Shown here: positions 20,940 to 32,037 of the stretch, in pieces | Position numbering within the stretch: position 1 is the first letter of the stretch | Layout of the letters: each line of letters starts with the position of its first letter | DNA from: an uncultured Gemmatimonadales bacterium | Lineage (GTDB): Bacteria; Gemmatimonadota; Gemmatimonadetes; Gemmatimonadales; Gemmatimonadaceae | Assembly: GCA_963701965.1 (NCBI GenBank) | Contig: OY969695.1 | Span: 2,080,001-2,144,000, forward strand | Reading direction: 5' to 3' | Length of the DNA stretch: 64,000 nucleotides | Position numbers and translations under genes: made by a program | Notes under the pieces: model-generated | What the model was told of the DNA's origin: nothing | Database searches by the model: none | What the model saw: the letters and a program-made list of their open reading frames with translations, nothing else

Positions 20940-23021
20940 CTACTTCGTCCGCACGCGCACCATCGCGTAGATGGTGCGCGGCTGCCCCGGCGTGACTTGG
21001 GCGCCGGACTCCAGCTCGCGATACGCGATGTCGGCGAGATTGCGCACGCCGACCCAGAGCTCGGTCGGACCGAACACCTTGAGACCAGCCGACATGTTCA
21101 GCAGGATGTACCCGGGACGCAGGATGCCCAGCTCCTCGAAGGGCGTGTACGGCCCATTGAACGTGGCGCCGACGTGCGCCTGCCAGATCTGCGTGGGCAG
21201 ATCGACGTCCACCATCGCCGCGCCCACGTATTTCGACGTATTGAAGACGGGCGTATGCGAGTAGTCGAGCCCATCGTCGGGATTGATGAAGTGCGTGTAG
21301 AACGCGTGCAGGATCGTGAAATCCGCCGACGCCGTGACGCCCGGAATGATCCGGTCGTGCGCCGAGACGTCGAGCCCGTTGCGGCGGCTTTGGCCGCCGC
21401 CAATCGAGGCGTTGAGCGCGGGGTCGAAACTCTGTTCGTTCGAGACGTCCATCCGGAACAACGACGCATCGACCGACAATGTCCCTTCGTCCACGCGCAA
21501 CCCGGTCTCGTAGTTCCAGACCGTGATGAACGGCAACGTCGGATCGCTGATCACGCCGTCGGTCTGCCGGAACCCGCGCGAGATGTTGGCGAAGAGCGCG
21601 ATGCCCGGGTGACCCAGGTCGACAAACGGCCGCACCAGCACGCCGACTTTCGGCGAGAAGATTCCCTTGCTGTGCTGGGAGCTGAAGAGCGGGCCGGTCG
21701 GGTTGCCGTCGGCGTCGGGCGTCGGCTGCAAGACGTAACTCGAGAGTTGATCGACGCGCCCACCAAGATCGAGCCGCGCGTACTTCGTCACGTCGGCGCC
21801 GGCCTGGATGAAAATGCCCCCGGATGTCTGGTGCGCGGGCTCGGCCAACAACAGGGGCGCCGAGTCCACGCGGAACCCTGTCGACGACTCGGCGAAGCTC
21901 TCATAGTGCGCGTGATCGTAGCGCCCTTCCGCGCCGACGGTGACATCGACCCCGTGCCGCGCGTAGGTCAGCGCCGTCGTCCCTCCGAATCCGTAACGCC
22001 CATCATACTCGCGCGTCTCGGCGCCCGTCCCTTCCGTCAGCCCTCCGAGCCCCGGCGGTGAGCTCAGCCAGAAATTCCACGTCGATTGCCGCGAATAGAC
22101 CGTGGTGCGCCACTCGAGATTGGGCGAGAGGAACGACCGGAGACTCACGCGCTCCTGGGCGTGACGCTTGAACCCGCCATCGCCGAAGTTGGAGATGAAA
22201 TTGTACTGGCGGGCGTTGTAGCGCGTGGTGTCGAGAAACCCCGGCGACTCGTAGTCGGTGAGATAGCCCTCGACGCTGGCGTCGATCGTGGTGTTCGACG
22301 ACAGGTCGTCAAAGGCGCGCGCGTGGATGTGCCCATACTGGTTCTGGCTATTGGGCCGCCATCCGTCCTCGCGGAACCCGTCGACCGCGATGACGCCGCC
22401 CGACGTGTGGTGGTTGAACCCCGTGATGCCGTATCCCTGGGCGTTGCCGTAGGAACCGCCGCCGGCGACGATCGTCGCGCCGTCGTAGCGATCCATGGTG
22501 CGCACATTCACGGTGCCGCCAAAAGCGAAGTTGCCGTAGAGGGCGCTGGTCGGGCCCTTCACCACATCGATGCCCGTGACCGCGGCAATGGGGATGAGAT
22601 TGAGATCGTTGTATCCCTCGGCGTGCCCGTTGACCGTCTCGTTGTTGGGCACACCGTCAATGTAGAGCGCGACGTCGGTCGAGTGGTCGGAGCTGAATCC
22701 GCGTATCGACAGATCGGACGCGAACCCGGGACCCTGTCCCTGCTCGTGGGCTTCGAGTCCCGCGGTCTGGCGCAACAACTCCCACGGCGTGTTCGCTGGG
22801 GTGTTGTGCAGCGCGATGGTGTCGATGTGGGTGACCGTGAGGGGCTCGGTGCGCTCGACGGGTGTGGCGGTGATGGTGACTTGCTCGAGCCGGGGGGCGC
22901 GACGCAGCGTCGAGTCGCGTCGGGTCGAGTCGCGGCGGGCGGCACTGGTGTCCTGCGCGTCGAGCAACGCCGGCCCCGCCACAAGGAAAGTGGCGAGCGC
23001 GAGCGAACGGATGACGTCCAT
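20940..23021 (-). CDS. TonB-dependent receptor
   Basis: Signal peptide, EQVTITAT TonB box, plug (IRGF...IDGVP, IDVVKGPTSALYG), barrel end NLAD...PGQPRTIY. Confidence 0.92.
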   Translation of the reverse strand: MDVIRSLALATFLVAGPALLDAQDTSAARRDSTRRDSTLRRAPRLEQVTITATPVERTEPLTVTHIDTIALHNTPANTPWELLRQTAGLEAHEQGQGPGFASDLSIRGFSSDHSTDVALYIDGVPNNETVNGHAEGYNDLNLIPIAAVTGIDVVKGPTSALYGNFAFGGTVNVRTMDRYDGATIVAGGGSYGNAQGYGITGFNHHTSGGVIAVDGFREDGWRPNSQNQYGHIHARAFDDLSSNTTIDASVEGYLTDYESPGFLDTTRYNARQYNFISNFGDGGFKRHAQERVSLRSFLSPNLEWRTTVYSRQSTWNFWLSSPPGLGGLTEGTGAETREYDGRYGFGGTTALTYARHGVDVTVGAEGRYDHAHYESFAESSTGFRVDSAPLLLAEPAHQTSGGIFIQAGADVTKYARLDLGGRVDQLSSYVLQPTPDADGNPTGPLFSSQHSKGIFSPKVGVLVRPFVDLGHPGIALFANISRGFRQTDGVISDPTLPFITVWNYETGLRVDEGTLSVDASLFRMDVSNEQSFDPALNASIGGGQSRRNGLDVSAHDRIIPGVTASADFTILHAFYTHFINPDDGLDYSHTPVFNTSKYVGAAMVDVDLPTQIWQAHVGATFNGPYTPFEELGILRPGYILLNMSAGLKVFGPTELWVGVRNLADIAYRELESGAQVTPGQPRTIYAMVRVRTK

Positions 23022-23100
23022 GAAAAAAATGACTCCGCGTCGAGTGGAGAGCGGAGGCGCACGAATGCGCTCCGCGGATGATGCAGGACCCCCTAAGGGG

Positions 23101-23475
23101 TCAGACGCGGACTACGGGCGGGCCGAGTGGAGGCGGAAGCAGAACATCCGGCGCTACGGTCGTCGGCGCGATCCCATGCGTCGGATCGGGCGCGGCGGCC
23201 ACGACCGCGAGCGGGACGACAGGCAGCGATACCAAGCGCCCCGACGGGCAATCGAGCAGGGCGACCGCGCAGCAGGTCCCAATGCAGGAGCAATGCGCTG
23301 GCGCCTTGGACGGCGCGGGTGCATCGTGATGCGGCATCCCGCCGTGCGCCATCCCCGCATGATCCAAACGATCATGGATGGCACAGCCATGCACCGGAAT
23401 CGGCCCCTGTACGACGAACAGGAACCACATTCCGAAGCACACCGCGAGCACGCGTTCCCACGCACGGCGCCGCAT
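23101..23475 (-). CDS. DUF2946/CruR-like leader protein upstream of the TBDR
   Basis: Hydrophobic N-terminus, CAIH, His/Met-rich stretch, HCSCIGTCC, C-terminal LLPPPLGPP. Confidence 0.6.
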   Translation of the reverse strand: MRRRAWERVLAVCFGMWFLFVVQGPIPVHGCAIHDRLDHAGMAHGGMPHHDAPAPSKAPAHCSCIGTCCAVALLDCPSGRLVSLPVVPLAVVAAAPDPTHGIAPTTVAPDVLLPPPLGPPVVRV

Positions 23476-23510
23476 GGGGACAATGTAGCGCGATCATTTC
23501 AAATCTGGCA

Positions 23511-24801
23511 ATGATCTGGAACTCTGACATCGAGACGCTCCCGCGCGAGCGCATGCACGCGCTCCAGCTCGACCGCCTGCGGGCCACCGTGTCGCACATC
23601 CTGACGTCGGCGCCGGTCCTCGCCGCGCGTCTCCGCGCCGCCGGTATCGCGCGCGGCGACGACCTGCGCTCGCTTGCCGATCTCGCGCGCGTGCCGTTTA
23701 CCACGAAAGCCGATCTGCGCGAGCACTATCCATTTGGCTTGCTCGCGGTCCCCGCCGACCGCCTGGCGCGGATTCACGCATCGAGCGGCACCCGCGGCAA
23801 ACCGACGATTGTCGGATACACGGCGGCCGATCTGGCAATGTGGGCCGAGGTGGTCGCCCGCTGTCTGGCGATGGCCGGCGTCCGCCCGCGCATGGTCGTC
23901 CACAATGCCTATGGGTACGGTCTCTTCACGGGCGGCCTGGGCCTCCACGCCGGCGCCGAGTTGCTGGGCTGCACGGTACTCCCGATCTCGGGCGGGGCGA
24001 CGCAGCGCCAGGCGCAGCTGCTGCGCGATCTCGGCGGCGAAGTCCTGTGCGCGACGCCGTCGTATGCCCTGAGCATCGCCGAGGCGCTCCTGGCGGCGGG
24101 CATCGACCCATCGAGCCTCCGCCTCCGCGTCGGCGTATTCGGTGCCGAGCCGTGGACCGACGAACTGCGCGTCGAAATCGAGCGGCGGCTCCATCTCTCC
24201 GCCGTCAATATCTACGGGCTGTCCGAGATCGTGGGGCCCGGCGTGTCGGCCGAGTGCGCGGAGGGACGCAATGGCTCGCACATCCACGAGGATCACTTCC
24301 TGCCCGAGATCATCGATCCCGACACCGGCGCGTCACTGCCGCCGGGCCAAATGGGCGAGCTGGTGTTCACGACCCTGACCAAGGAGGCGCTGCCGCTCAC
24401 CCGCTACCGGACGGGCGACATCGCGTCGCTCGATCCACGCCCCTGTGTGTGTGGTCGCACGACAATGCGCATGAGCCGCATCCGCGGTCGGCGCAATGAC
24501 ATGCTGATCATTCGCGGGGTCAACCTGTATCCGTCGGAAGTCGAGCGCGTGCTGCTGGGCGTCGGAGACATCGCGCCGCACTATCAGCTCGTCGTCGACC
24601 GTCCCGGGGCGTTGGACGAGATCAGCATCGTGTGCGAACTGGCCGCGGGTCGCGTCGACCGCGACACGGTGTCGGCGCGACTGCACCGGGCGCTCCAGGA
24701 GCAGCTCGGGCTGTCGTTCACCGTGCGGAATGTTGGACCCGGACCAGGTTCCCCGCAGCGAGGGGAAAGCGCTACGCGTGGTCGATCGTCGCCAGACGTG
24801 A
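23511..24801 (+). CDS. paaK: Phenylacetate-CoA ligase; +1 frameshift at ~24729 near the C-terminus
   Basis: [40 protein letters not shown]; the canonical end [14 protein letters not shown] lies in the shifted frame. Confidence 0.9.
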
Positions 24802-25782
24802 TCGCACGCCGGCCACGATCTGGATCGAGCGCCGGCGCGCCGTTTGATCGTAAATGTGCGACGTCAGCATGATCTCGTCGGGACGGTGCTCGTCCAGAAA
24901 CCGCCGCAAGCCCTGCTCGACGGTCTGGGCATCGCCCACAAACGAATACGCGAGCGCTTCGTCCACGTTGGCCTTTTCCAAGGGCGCCCAATTCGCATCG
25001 TCAATGGGCGGGGGCAGTTGCCCCGGCATCTCGCGGCGCAGGTTGATGAACGATTGCTGCTGTGATGTGAAGAGCCGCCGCGCTTCGCGATCGGTGTCGG
25101 CGGCGATGATGTTGACGCCGACCATGGCGTAGGGGCGATCCAGTTGCACCAATGGCTCGAACCGGGCGCGATAGACGTCCAGCGCGGGCACCATGTAGGT
25201 CGGCGCGAAGTGCGACGCGAACGCGAACGGGAGGCCGAGGGCCGCCGCGAGCTGCGCGCCGAACAGGCTGGAGCCCAAGAGCCAGAGGGGGACGCTGAGA
25301 CCGGCGCCGGGCACGGCGCGCACGCGTTGCCCGTCCTGCACAGGCGCGAAATAGGCCTGCAGCTCTTGGACGTCCTGGGGAAACCGCTCGGCGCCCGCGA
25401 CGAGATCCCGCCGGAGCGCGTGCGCGGTCCAATGGTCGGTGCCCGGCGCGCGGCCCAGCCCCAGATCGATGCGCCCGGGATACAGGGACGCCAGCGTGCC
25501 GAATTGCTCGGCGATCACCAGCGGGGAGTGGTTCGGCAGCATGATGCCGCCGGCCCCTACGCGGATAGTGCTGGTCCCGCCGGCCACGTGGCCGATGACG
25601 ACTGCGGTCGCGGCGCTGGCGATCCCCGGCATCCCGTGATGCTCGGCCAGCCAGAATCGGTGGAATCCCAGCCGCTCGGCTTCCCGCGCCAAGTCCAGGG
25701 AATTCCGAAAGGCGTCCGCCGCCGTGGCGCCCGCCGTGATCGGCGCCAGGTCCAGGATCGAAAAAGGAATCACGCCGGCCAT
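24772..25782 (-). CDS. LLM-class flavin-dependent oxidoreductase (luciferase-like)
   Basis: [34 protein letters not shown]. Confidence 0.93.
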   Translation of the reverse strand: MAGVIPFSILDLAPITAGATAADAFRNSLDLAREAERLGFHRFWLAEHHGMPGIASAATAVVIGHVAGGTSTIRVGAGGIMLPNHSPLVIAEQFGTLASLYPGRIDLGLGRAPGTDHWTAHALRRDLVAGAERFPQDVQELQAYFAPVQDGQRVRAVPGAGLSVPLWLLGSSLFGAQLAAALGLPFAFASHFAPTYMVPALDVYRARFEPLVQLDRPYAMVGVNIIAADTDREARRLFTSQQQSFINLRREMPGQLPPPIDDANWAPLEKANVDEALAYSFVGDAQTVEQGLRRFLDEHRPDEIMLTSHIYDQTARRRSIQIVAGVRSRLATIDHA

Positions 25783-25838
25783 CGAAAGAAGATGGCCGGC
25801 GTGACGCCAAGGAGTTCCTAAGAGCTGGCCTTCGGTAC

Positions 25839-27641
25839 TTACGCTTTCGCCAGATCCCGGACGGAGGCCGCCATCAGGGCCACGCGACGGGGGTCGGGCG
25901 AACCCGCCCTGTCGCTATCCAACTGCGTCGCGAGCTGGTTCAACGCGTCGGCCCGCGCCTGCCCCTTGAGCTTCTCGGCCGCGTCGAGCGCTTTGGCGAT
26001 CGCCGTCCGCCGTTCGGCCGGCAACCCGTTGTTTCGACCGAGTTGGTCGAGATACGACCGCGGCACGGCGAAGATCGCCGGCCACACCAACCGCGGTTGA
26101 TCCTGCACGTTGAGCCACTGGAACCGCACGGCGTTCGCCGCGTCGATCTCGTTCTGCGAGAGGTAGGCGCTGGGCTTGAGCGCGAACATGTCGAGTCCGC
26201 GCGTGATCTCGGAGCCGACGATCAACCCGTTGTACCAGTACACGGACCAGTAGCCCGCGAGCACGAGCTTGGTCGAGTCCATCGGGCCACGGTCGAAGTA
26301 CGCGATCTCCTGGACATGGGTCGGATCGGTCCAGTCGAAGACGGAGATGCCGCCCTGATACCAACCCTGGACCATGACGTCGCGGCCGGGGATCGGGATC
26401 AGCGAGCCGTTGTGCGCCACGCAATTCTTGAACGCCGACTGCGTGACCGGGAGCTTGTAGTAGCCCTTGAACGTCATCGAGCTGCCGGCCAGCGTGTAGA
26501 ACGCGTCCGCGCCCCACATCGGGTTGTCCCCAGGCCGGCACCGGGGCTGGGCGCCGCCGCCCCACTCGTCGGAGAACAGGATCTTGGAGCCGTCGTTGTT
26601 GAAGGTCACCGAGTGCCAACCCGAGAAGTTCGTGTCGGTGACGGCGCCGATGCGCGTCGGGTGCGCCGGATCGCGAATGTCCATCAGGATGCCGTAGCCA
26701 CCGCAGGCGCCACCGGCCAACCCGATCGCCGGGTAGGCCGTGATGTCGTGGCATTGGGTCGGTCCCGACGGGGGCGGCATCTTGATCTGGAACTTCGCCA
26801 GCAGCGCCGCGAACTCGATCGAGTCGGCCTTGCTCTCGTGGTGGCGCTGGGCGGCCACCAGATCCTGGAAGACGCGCGGCGACGAGACGATGTGCGCTTG
26901 CTCGGGATGCGCCACGGGGATCTGGATGACCTCGAGGCGGAACAGCGCCGTGTTGGGATCTTCCGTGACCGTGCCGCCGGTGCATCCGGGCAGCTCGCTC
27001 GCCGAACGGACGGTCGAGGAGCCGGACACGTAGATGTAGACGTTGTTGTTGTCGTTCGGGTCGGTCACCAGCGTGTTGGTGTGCGACCCGCGGCAAGTTT
27101 GGACGACCTTGATCGGCTTGGGATGCGTGATGTCGGTGATGTCGAAGATCCGGATGCCGCGCGCGCGGTCATGGCTCACGGTGTCGGTCACACCCTGCAC
27201 GCCGCAGTCGACGCGGCCGCTGGTGGCCTCGGCCGACACGAACATGAGGTTGCCGTACACAGTGACGTCGCTCTGGGAGCCGGGGCACACGTAGGCGGCC
27301 TTGAGCGTGACTTCGGTCGGCGTCGAGATATCCCAGACCTGGTACCCGCTGTAGTTGCCCTGAATCACGTAGTTCCCGAGGAACGCGAGATCCGAGTTCA
27401 CGAGGCGGTCGGCGCCGGGTTGCGCGCGGTCAATGAACTGCGCCGAGGGCGGCGTCAGCGAGACCGTCTTGAGATTCCAGATCGCCTCGCCGGCGTCAAA
27501 CCATCCGCTTTTCAGGTTGAGCCGGGGATCCGGCGTGGGTGCCGTCGCCGACATGTCGGACGATGCCGTGTTGTGGCCCGTCGCACACGCCGCGGCGGAG
27601 AGCCAGCCCAACGTGAGGAGCAATGAACGAGAGGGTTTCAT
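25839..27641 (-). CDS. LVIVD-repeat secreted lipoprotein (copy 1)
   Basis: Lipobox [38 protein letters not shown]. Confidence 0.8.
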   Translation of the reverse strand: MKPSRSLLLTLGWLSAAACATGHNTASSDMSATAPTPDPRLNLKSGWFDAGEAIWNLKTVSLTPPSAQFIDRAQPGADRLVNSDLAFLGNYVIQGNYSGYQVWDISTPTEVTLKAAYVCPGSQSDVTVYGNLMFVSAEATSGRVDCGVQGVTDTVSHDRARGIRIFDITDITHPKPIKVVQTCRGSHTNTLVTDPNDNNNVYIYVSGSSTVRSASELPGCTGGTVTEDPNTALFRLEVIQIPVAHPEQAHIVSSPRVFQDLVAAQRHHESKADSIEFAALLAKFQIKMPPPSGPTQCHDITAYPAIGLAGGACGGYGILMDIRDPAHPTRIGAVTDTNFSGWHSVTFNNDGSKILFSDEWGGGAQPRCRPGDNPMWGADAFYTLAGSSMTFKGYYKLPVTQSAFKNCVAHNGSLIPIPGRDVMVQGWYQGGISVFDWTDPTHVQEIAYFDRGPMDSTKLVLAGYWSVYWYNGLIVGSEITRGLDMFALKPSAYLSQNEIDAANAVRFQWLNVQDQPRLVWPAIFAVPRSYLDQLGRNNGLPAERRTAIAKALDAAEKLKGQARADALNQLATQLDSDRAGSPDPRRVALMAASVRDLAKA

Positions 27642-27656
27642 GAAGAGATTGGGTGG

Positions 27657-28265
27657 CTAGTGTTCTTGCATCGTGGACTGGAGCATGAGGAGCATCCGAT
27701 TGATCTCGGCGGTCTGATCGGCGCCGACATCGGAGGCGAACTTGAACACGACTTCGTCCTGCGCGGCGCCCTCGGACGAAAACAGCGTATGCACCATTTC
27801 GAGCGCACCCTGGTGGTGCCGGATCATGTAGCCGAGAAACAGACGGTCGAAGTCCGGACCTTGAGCGTGGTCCAGCTCCGTCATCTGTTCCGGGGTCAGC
27901 ATGCCCGGCATCAAATTGCCGGGACCCATGTCCATACTCATGCGGCCGTTCGCGTCCGGCACCATCTCGTGCCGATCGCGCAACCAGCGCTGCATCGATG
28001 CGATTTCGTCGCGTTGGGACACCACGATGCGGGCACAGAGGACTTTTACGGCGTCACTGGCCCCGTGCGTGGGCGCCCAATTGCCCATGATGATGGCCTG
28101 GGCGTGGTGGCCGATCATGCCCTGCATGAAGTTCACGTCGGCCGCGGTGTACTTGGGCAACGCCGTGCCGGGATTACTCGCCGCCAGCTGGGCGCGCGCG
28201 CCCGACACCGCTCCTGACCCCATGATCGCGGCCGCCAATGCCGCCGCGACAAATTTTTGCGTCAT
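27657..28265 (-). CDS. DUF305 ferritin-like protein (copy 1)
   Basis: FMQGMIGHHAQA, Met-rich loop, MIRHHQGA. Confidence 0.9.
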   Translation of the reverse strand: MTQKFVAAALAAAIMGSGAVSGARAQLAASNPGTALPKYTAADVNFMQGMIGHHAQAIIMGNWAPTHGASDAVKVLCARIVVSQRDEIASMQRWLRDRHEMVPDANGRMSMDMGPGNLMPGMLTPEQMTELDHAQGPDFDRLFLGYMIRHHQGALEMVHTLFSSEGAAQDEVVFKFASDVGADQTAEINRMLLMLQSTMQEH

Positions 28266-28336
28266 GCCGTGCTCTCCGGTTCGCGCCATTGTAGCGCAGA
28301 ACTGGTGAGTTAGCGAGACTCTCGCGAAGAGTTGAC

Positions 28337-30718
28337 CTAGTCTGAACGCAGAGCGCTGGCCGGCGCGATGCGCGTGGCACGCCGTGCCGGCAGATACGCG
28401 GCCAACGCCGCGACGGCGAAGAGCACGGCGCAGGCGCCGGCCAACGCCACGGGATCGAAAGGGCTCACCTCGAACAAGAGCGACGCGACCAGACGCGCGG
28501 CAACCAACGCGCCGCCGACGCCGACGGCGGCGCCAATGCCCGCCACGCGCAGTGCCCGGCCCAGCACCTCGCCACGCACGCGGTCCGGCGAGGCGCCGAG
28601 CGCCATGCGCACCCTGATCTCCCGGGTCTGCTCGCGGACGGCGGACGCCATGATGCCGTAGAGCCCGATGGCGGCGAGGACCAGCGCGACCAACCCAAAG
28701 CCGGACAGCAGCAGCGCGTTCAAGCGCGGCTGCGCCAGCGGGCCATCGAGCAGCTCATCCATGGTCTGCGCGCGCCACACCGTGACACGCGGATTGGCGC
28801 CGCGCACGGCCGATCGGATCGCGCCCAGCGTCCTGGCGAGTGGCGTGGTCGTGCGCACCACCATGAACCCCTGCCACGCATATTGACGCCAGGGCACGAA
28901 TACCGTGGGCGTGGCCTGGCGGAGGGCGCGGTACCGGATGTCGCCGGCCACGCCAACCACCGTCCGCCACATGGAGTCGCCCACGAACTTGATGCGTTTC
29001 CCAACCGGATCCTGACCCGGCCAGTACTGACGCGCGAGGGCCGCGCTGACCACCGCCACGTCCGGCCCCTGCTCGCGGTCGGTGTCGAGAAAAGCCCGGC
29101 CGCGCACGATCGGGATGTTGAAGGCGCGGAAGTAATCTGGCCCTCCAGCCTCGATCGGAGTCATCGGGTTCGTCGCGGCTTCCGCGTCCGATTGCCCCTC
29201 GGCCTGGAAAACACGGGTCCACACGTTGGGTCCCAAGAACGGCGGCACGATGACCGGCGTCGCTGCCGTGACGCCCGGCGCGACGGCGAGGTGGGACAGG
29301 AGCGCGTCGAGCATGGCGTGCCATTTCCGTTCCGTCGCGTATTCGCTCGGAGGGAACGTGAGCGGAAGAAAGGACAAGTGATCTGAGCGGTAGCCGAGGT
29401 CGACGGTCTCGAGGCGTTGCAGCGTGCGCGCGAGTAAACCGGCGCCGGCGAGCATGAGCACCGCGAGGGCGATCTGCGAGGCGACGAGCAACTGTCGGAT
29501 GCTTCGGCCGCGGCGCGTGGAGCGCCCCGAACGCTCGTCGAGGCGAATGGGGCCGGTGGGATTCCGGCGCACGGCGGTCAACGCCGGCACGACACCAAAC
29601 AGGAGCACGGACAGGAGGGCGATGCCGGCGACCGTGCCAACCGGGAGGCCAGCCACGCGCACGGCGTCGAGGCGCGGGAGTCGCGACGGCGCCGCCGCCA
29701 CCAGCGCGCGCCGGCCAATCTCGGCGCACACGAGGCCGAGCAGACCGCCGGCACCCGCCAGAAGTCCACTCTCGATCAGGAGGGGCCGCACGACATCGCC
29801 ATACGCCGCACCGAGCGCGCGGCGTACCGCCAGCTCGCGATGGCGGCTCGCGGCGCGCAGCAGCAGGAGATTGCCGACGTTGACACACGCGATGAGCAGG
29901 AGCAGGCCGACGGCTGCGGTGAGCACCGTCAGCGCCGGGCGCACGTCGCCGACGATGGCCGTGGAGAACCCCCGAATGTCGGCGGTGGCGACATTCAGCA
30001 CGGCAGGGCGCTGGCGGTCGATCCGCTGCGCGATGGCGAGAAATTCCGCGCGCGCGGCGGCGGGCGTCGCGTTGGGCGCGAGGCGCGCGATGATATCCTG
30101 CTGTTGCGGAAAGGGCGGGATGACCCAGAATTCAGCGCCAACGGGGAAGCCGAGACCGGGCGCGGCGACGCCGATGATCGTATACGTGTTCTCGTTGACC
30201 GGGTCGGTCAGTCGGCGCCCGAGGATGGAGCGGTCCCCGGCGAACTGGCGTTGCCACGCTTCATAGCTCAACACCATAGCGTGCGATGTCGAGTCCTCTC
30301 CGGGATGGAGCAGGCGTCCCAGCACCGGCTTCACGCCGAGCACGTCGAAGAAGTTGCCGTCGACCTGTGACGCGTGCATGAAGATCGGACGATCCCCGTC
30401 GACTAGCGGCCAGGCCCCGGACCCCCAATGCGCAAAGCCGACCACGGCCCGCATCGTCCGGCTCCCCCGCCGTAGCATGTCGACTTCCTGGGGCTGGAAC
30501 GGCGCGTCGACACCGGCCCGGTCCAACGAACGCGGCAGCACAATGCTGCCCTGGTCTGACACCGGGAGCCCGCGCAACAGCACGGCGTTGAACACCGTCC
30601 ACATCGCGGCGGCCATGCCGATGCCGAGTCCGAGAATGAGTACGGACGTCGCGGTGAACGTGGGCGCGCGGCGCAAGCCGCGCACCGCGATGCGAATTTC
30701 CTGGGCAAGCCGGTCCAT
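28337..30718 (-). CDS. ADOP-type duplicated MacB/FtsX ABC permease
   Basis: LGLGIG, LLIACVNVGNLLL, RELAVRRALGA, AYLPARRA. Confidence 0.92.
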   Translation of the reverse strand: MDRLAQEIRIAVRGLRRAPTFTATSVLILGLGIGMAAAMWTVFNAVLLRGLPVSDQGSIVLPRSLDRAGVDAPFQPQEVDMLRRGSRTMRAVVGFAHWGSGAWPLVDGDRPIFMHASQVDGNFFDVLGVKPVLGRLLHPGEDSTSHAMVLSYEAWQRQFAGDRSILGRRLTDPVNENTYTIIGVAAPGLGFPVGAEFWVIPPFPQQQDIIARLAPNATPAAARAEFLAIAQRIDRQRPAVLNVATADIRGFSTAIVGDVRPALTVLTAAVGLLLLIACVNVGNLLLLRAASRHRELAVRRALGAAYGDVVRPLLIESGLLAGAGGLLGLVCAEIGRRALVAAAPSRLPRLDAVRVAGLPVGTVAGIALLSVLLFGVVPALTAVRRNPTGPIRLDERSGRSTRRGRSIRQLLVASQIALAVLMLAGAGLLARTLQRLETVDLGYRSDHLSFLPLTFPPSEYATERKWHAMLDALLSHLAVAPGVTAATPVIVPPFLGPNVWTRVFQAEGQSDAEAATNPMTPIEAGGPDYFRAFNIPIVRGRAFLDTDREQGPDVAVVSAALARQYWPGQDPVGKRIKFVGDSMWRTVVGVAGDIRYRALRQATPTVFVPWRQYAWQGFMVVRTTTPLARTLGAIRSAVRGANPRVTVWRAQTMDELLDGPLAQPRLNALLLSGFGLVALVLAAIGLYGIMASAVREQTREIRVRMALGASPDRVRGEVLGRALRVAGIGAAVGVGGALVAARLVASLLFEVSPFDPVALAGACAVLFAVAALAAYLPARRATRIAPASALRSD

Positions 30719-30731
30719 GATGCTGCCTCCG

Positions 30732-31835
30732 CTACGGTTTCTGCACAGTATCCCGCCACCACCGCTCCAGATCACCCGCGTATTCCGGAAGTTGGGCCCG
30801 CATGAGCCCCAACACGCCACTGCTATCGACGGGCGCGGCGAACAGCGCGCGCAAGCCGGCGATGCCGCGATGCTGATACACTCCGCCAACGAACAAGGCT
30901 CCCGTCGCATAGAGCGCGTCGGCTTCGCCCGGTCCCGATCCGGAGTACGGCACCAGGTCCGAGAGGTGCGCGGCGGGGTGCGCGCGCTGGTACTGGCGCA
31001 GCAGCACGACCATCTGATCGCGGTCCCGGCCTTTGGAGCCGGCGAACCACGTGGCGAAGCCCTCGTTTACCAGTTGCGAGTGACTCTTGGCCGCCCCCAA
31101 GGTCGCATGCACCAGCTCATGGAGATAGCCGTCGCCGAGCACCGGATCGCCCGAGAGCACGATGCCCGCGGGCAGCGCCTGACCGCCGAGGCCGGACGTC
31201 GGACCGGATGGGAGTGGGAAGAAATCGAGCCCCAGGATCCGTTGGTAGTCCTCGGCCGACGCCGTGACGTAATACCGGAGCGAGTCGGGCGGCTGAATGG
31301 CAAAAAGGGTCGCGAGGGAATCGATGAACCGGCCGGCGCGCGCGACCGCCTCGGGATGCACGCGCTGCCCGGGCTGGTACCAATACGTGATGCGCCCCGC
31401 GCGATGCTGCTCCCAACCCCGCGTCTGTCGCGGCAACGCATTGCTCAACGCCCACGCGCCGCGCTCGCGCACGGCGTAGAGGCGCTCGAGAGCGAGCGGA
31501 TACACCCCAGTGCTCTCCGCCTTCGCGTACAGGATCTTCACCACGTACGTCGTGTCGCCCGGCGTGGTCCCCACGACGCCGAGAATGGTCGCGGGGAATC
31601 CCTGACGGACCAGCGTGCACGTCAGGTCCCCGTATCTCCGATCGATCGGGTCCCGCCTGCTCCACCGGTCGCTCTCGCAGCCGGGATGCTGGAGATACGC
31701 GCGAACCATCGGCACGATCGCGCCGACGTCGGCGGCCGTCGTGTCGACGCCAAAACTGAGACCGACCGACGGCGCCGGCTCCTGCGCCGCGATCGGCCCG
31801 GCGACGACGACGGCCGCCAGCCAGAGGGTCCGCAC
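30732..31835 (-). CDS. Secreted putative gluzincin (peptidase MA-like) protein
   Basis: Signal peptide from GTG 31835; HELVH followed by NEGFATW. Confidence 0.6.
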   Translation of the reverse strand: MRTLWLAAVVVAGPIAAQEPAPSVGLSFGVDTTAADVGAIVPMVRAYLQHPGCESDRWSRRDPIDRRYGDLTCTLVRQGFPATILGVVGTTPGDTTYVVKILYAKAESTGVYPLALERLYAVRERGAWALSNALPRQTRGWEQHRAGRITYWYQPGQRVHPEAVARAGRFIDSLATLFAIQPPDSLRYYVTASAEDYQRILGLDFFPLPSGPTSGLGGQALPAGIVLSGDPVLGDGYLHELVHATLGAAKSHSQLVNEGFATWFAGSKGRDRDQMVVLLRQYQRAHPAAHLSDLVPYSGSGPGEADALYATGALFVGGVYQHRGIAGLRALFAAPVDSSGVLGLMRAQLPEYAGDLERWWRDTVQKP

Positions 31836-31865
31836 GACACGGATGTAGCTCGGGGAAACGGCGCG

Positions 31866-31903
31866 CGCTAGTTCTGTCCGCTGACCGTCGCGCGGACGAG
31901 CAG
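31866..31903. repeat. Direct repeat, left copy: degenerate duplicate of the ECF sigma 3' end
   Basis: cgctagttctgtCcgctgaccgTCgcgcggacgagcag versus 34643-34680 cgctagttctgtGcgctgaccgCTgcgcggacgagcag. Confidence 0.9.
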
Positions 31904-32037
31904 GATGTCTTGTCGCTGGCGTTGTGTGCGAGCTGGTCGAGCGCACGAGCAGGGCGGTGAGCGACCTGCCGCCATTTGGTATCACCCCATTCTTGTTGTC
32001 GTCGGCGCGGCTCGATCGCGAAGGCGCGCCACCCCGC

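Noticed and set aside
24720..24740. Programmed frameshifting in paaK and the permeases
   Set aside because: No slippery heptamer; the same +1 homopolymer pattern occurs in five unrelated genes.
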